32,967 bases of DNA from Planctomycetota bacterium (GTDB lineage Bacteria; Planctomycetota; Planctomycetia; Pirellulales; Pirellulaceae), in the NCBI GenBank assembly GCA_046045565.1, contig JBJOLO010000551.1, forward strand, positions 1 to 32,967, read 5' to 3'. A program made the translations under genes and the position numbers. The notes below the pieces were generated by a model. The model saw only the letters and a list, made by a program, of their open reading frames with translations. It was not told the origin of the DNA and did no database searches. The first letter of the stretch is position 1. Each line of letters starts with the position of its first letter. This document shows positions 32,809-32,967 of the stretch, piece after piece.

Positions 32809-32967
32809 AACTGTTTGCCGCTCCATCCCTGAGCGGCGTGTTCGAAAAGCACGAGGGGGACCTCCCTACCACGACTCTCGCCGTCGACAGTCGGATCCTT
32901 CAGTCGCCGCCCCCCAAGCTACTTCTCAAGACACAGTGGATTCGCACTCGGTGATTGCCGCACCCGG

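Noticed and set aside
32880-32967. On the minus strand, GGGGGGCGGCGACTGAAGGATCCGAC resembles a tmRNA 5' end, and GTGCGAATCCAC resembles a tRNA T-loop.
   Set aside because: No acceptor or T-arm pairing can be drawn. No CCA-proximal structure is present. The terminator follows far too soon for a tmRNA. The resemblance is limited to a few bases.

Overview
This is a GC-rich bacterial chromosomal segment. The gene content looks Planctomycetota-like, but that is inference only. The cues are a Tat-signal Gfo/Idh/MocA oxidoreductase, a ThuA-like protein, small Cys-rich lipoproteins and P/A/G-rich low-complexity inserts in housekeeping proteins. I can support about 32 protein-coding genes. I recognised no rRNA, tRNA, CRISPR array, transposase or integrase. 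From left to right the genes are as follows.
- lysS.
- lolE-like and lolD, then ilvE.
- A small OB-fold (DUF3127-like) gene with an SSB-style tail.
- A minus-strand lipid block: DAG-kinase-like, cdsA, CDP-alcohol phosphatidyltransferase.
- A metallophosphoesterase.
- Several secreted hydrolase-type proteins: an alpha/beta hydrolase, a transglutaminase-like protein, a DUF900-like protein and a ThuA-like protein.
- A zinc-ribbon membrane protein.
- A Gfo/Idh/MocA oxidoreductase.
- A cytidylyltransferase-like gene and a degenerate HAD-like gene.
- A double-domain NfeD-like membrane protein.
- A VOC protein, an S1 protease and a CheY-like receiver.
- A tightly packed minus-strand string: folK(fusion)-panC-lgt-ECF sigma-anti-sigma-CDGSH.

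No single obvious new multi-gene system (defence, toxin or mobile island) stands out. The points most worth a second look are:
- the SSB-like DUF3127 protein;
- the coupling of lgt to an ECF sigma/anti-sigma/CDGSH module, with an ECF-type promoter motif inside the 3' end of lgt;
- a tandem GGA-motif array with a terminal hairpin (14.25-14.41 kb);
- a duplicated ~75-bp structured element (16.41-16.64 kb);
- three tandem 3-codon mini-ORFs abutting a start codon;
- several enzymes whose catalytic residues appear to be lost or that carry unusual inserted or fused domains (HAD-like, NfeD-like, Lgt, FolK).

All family assignments come from motif recognition by eye. No database search was run.
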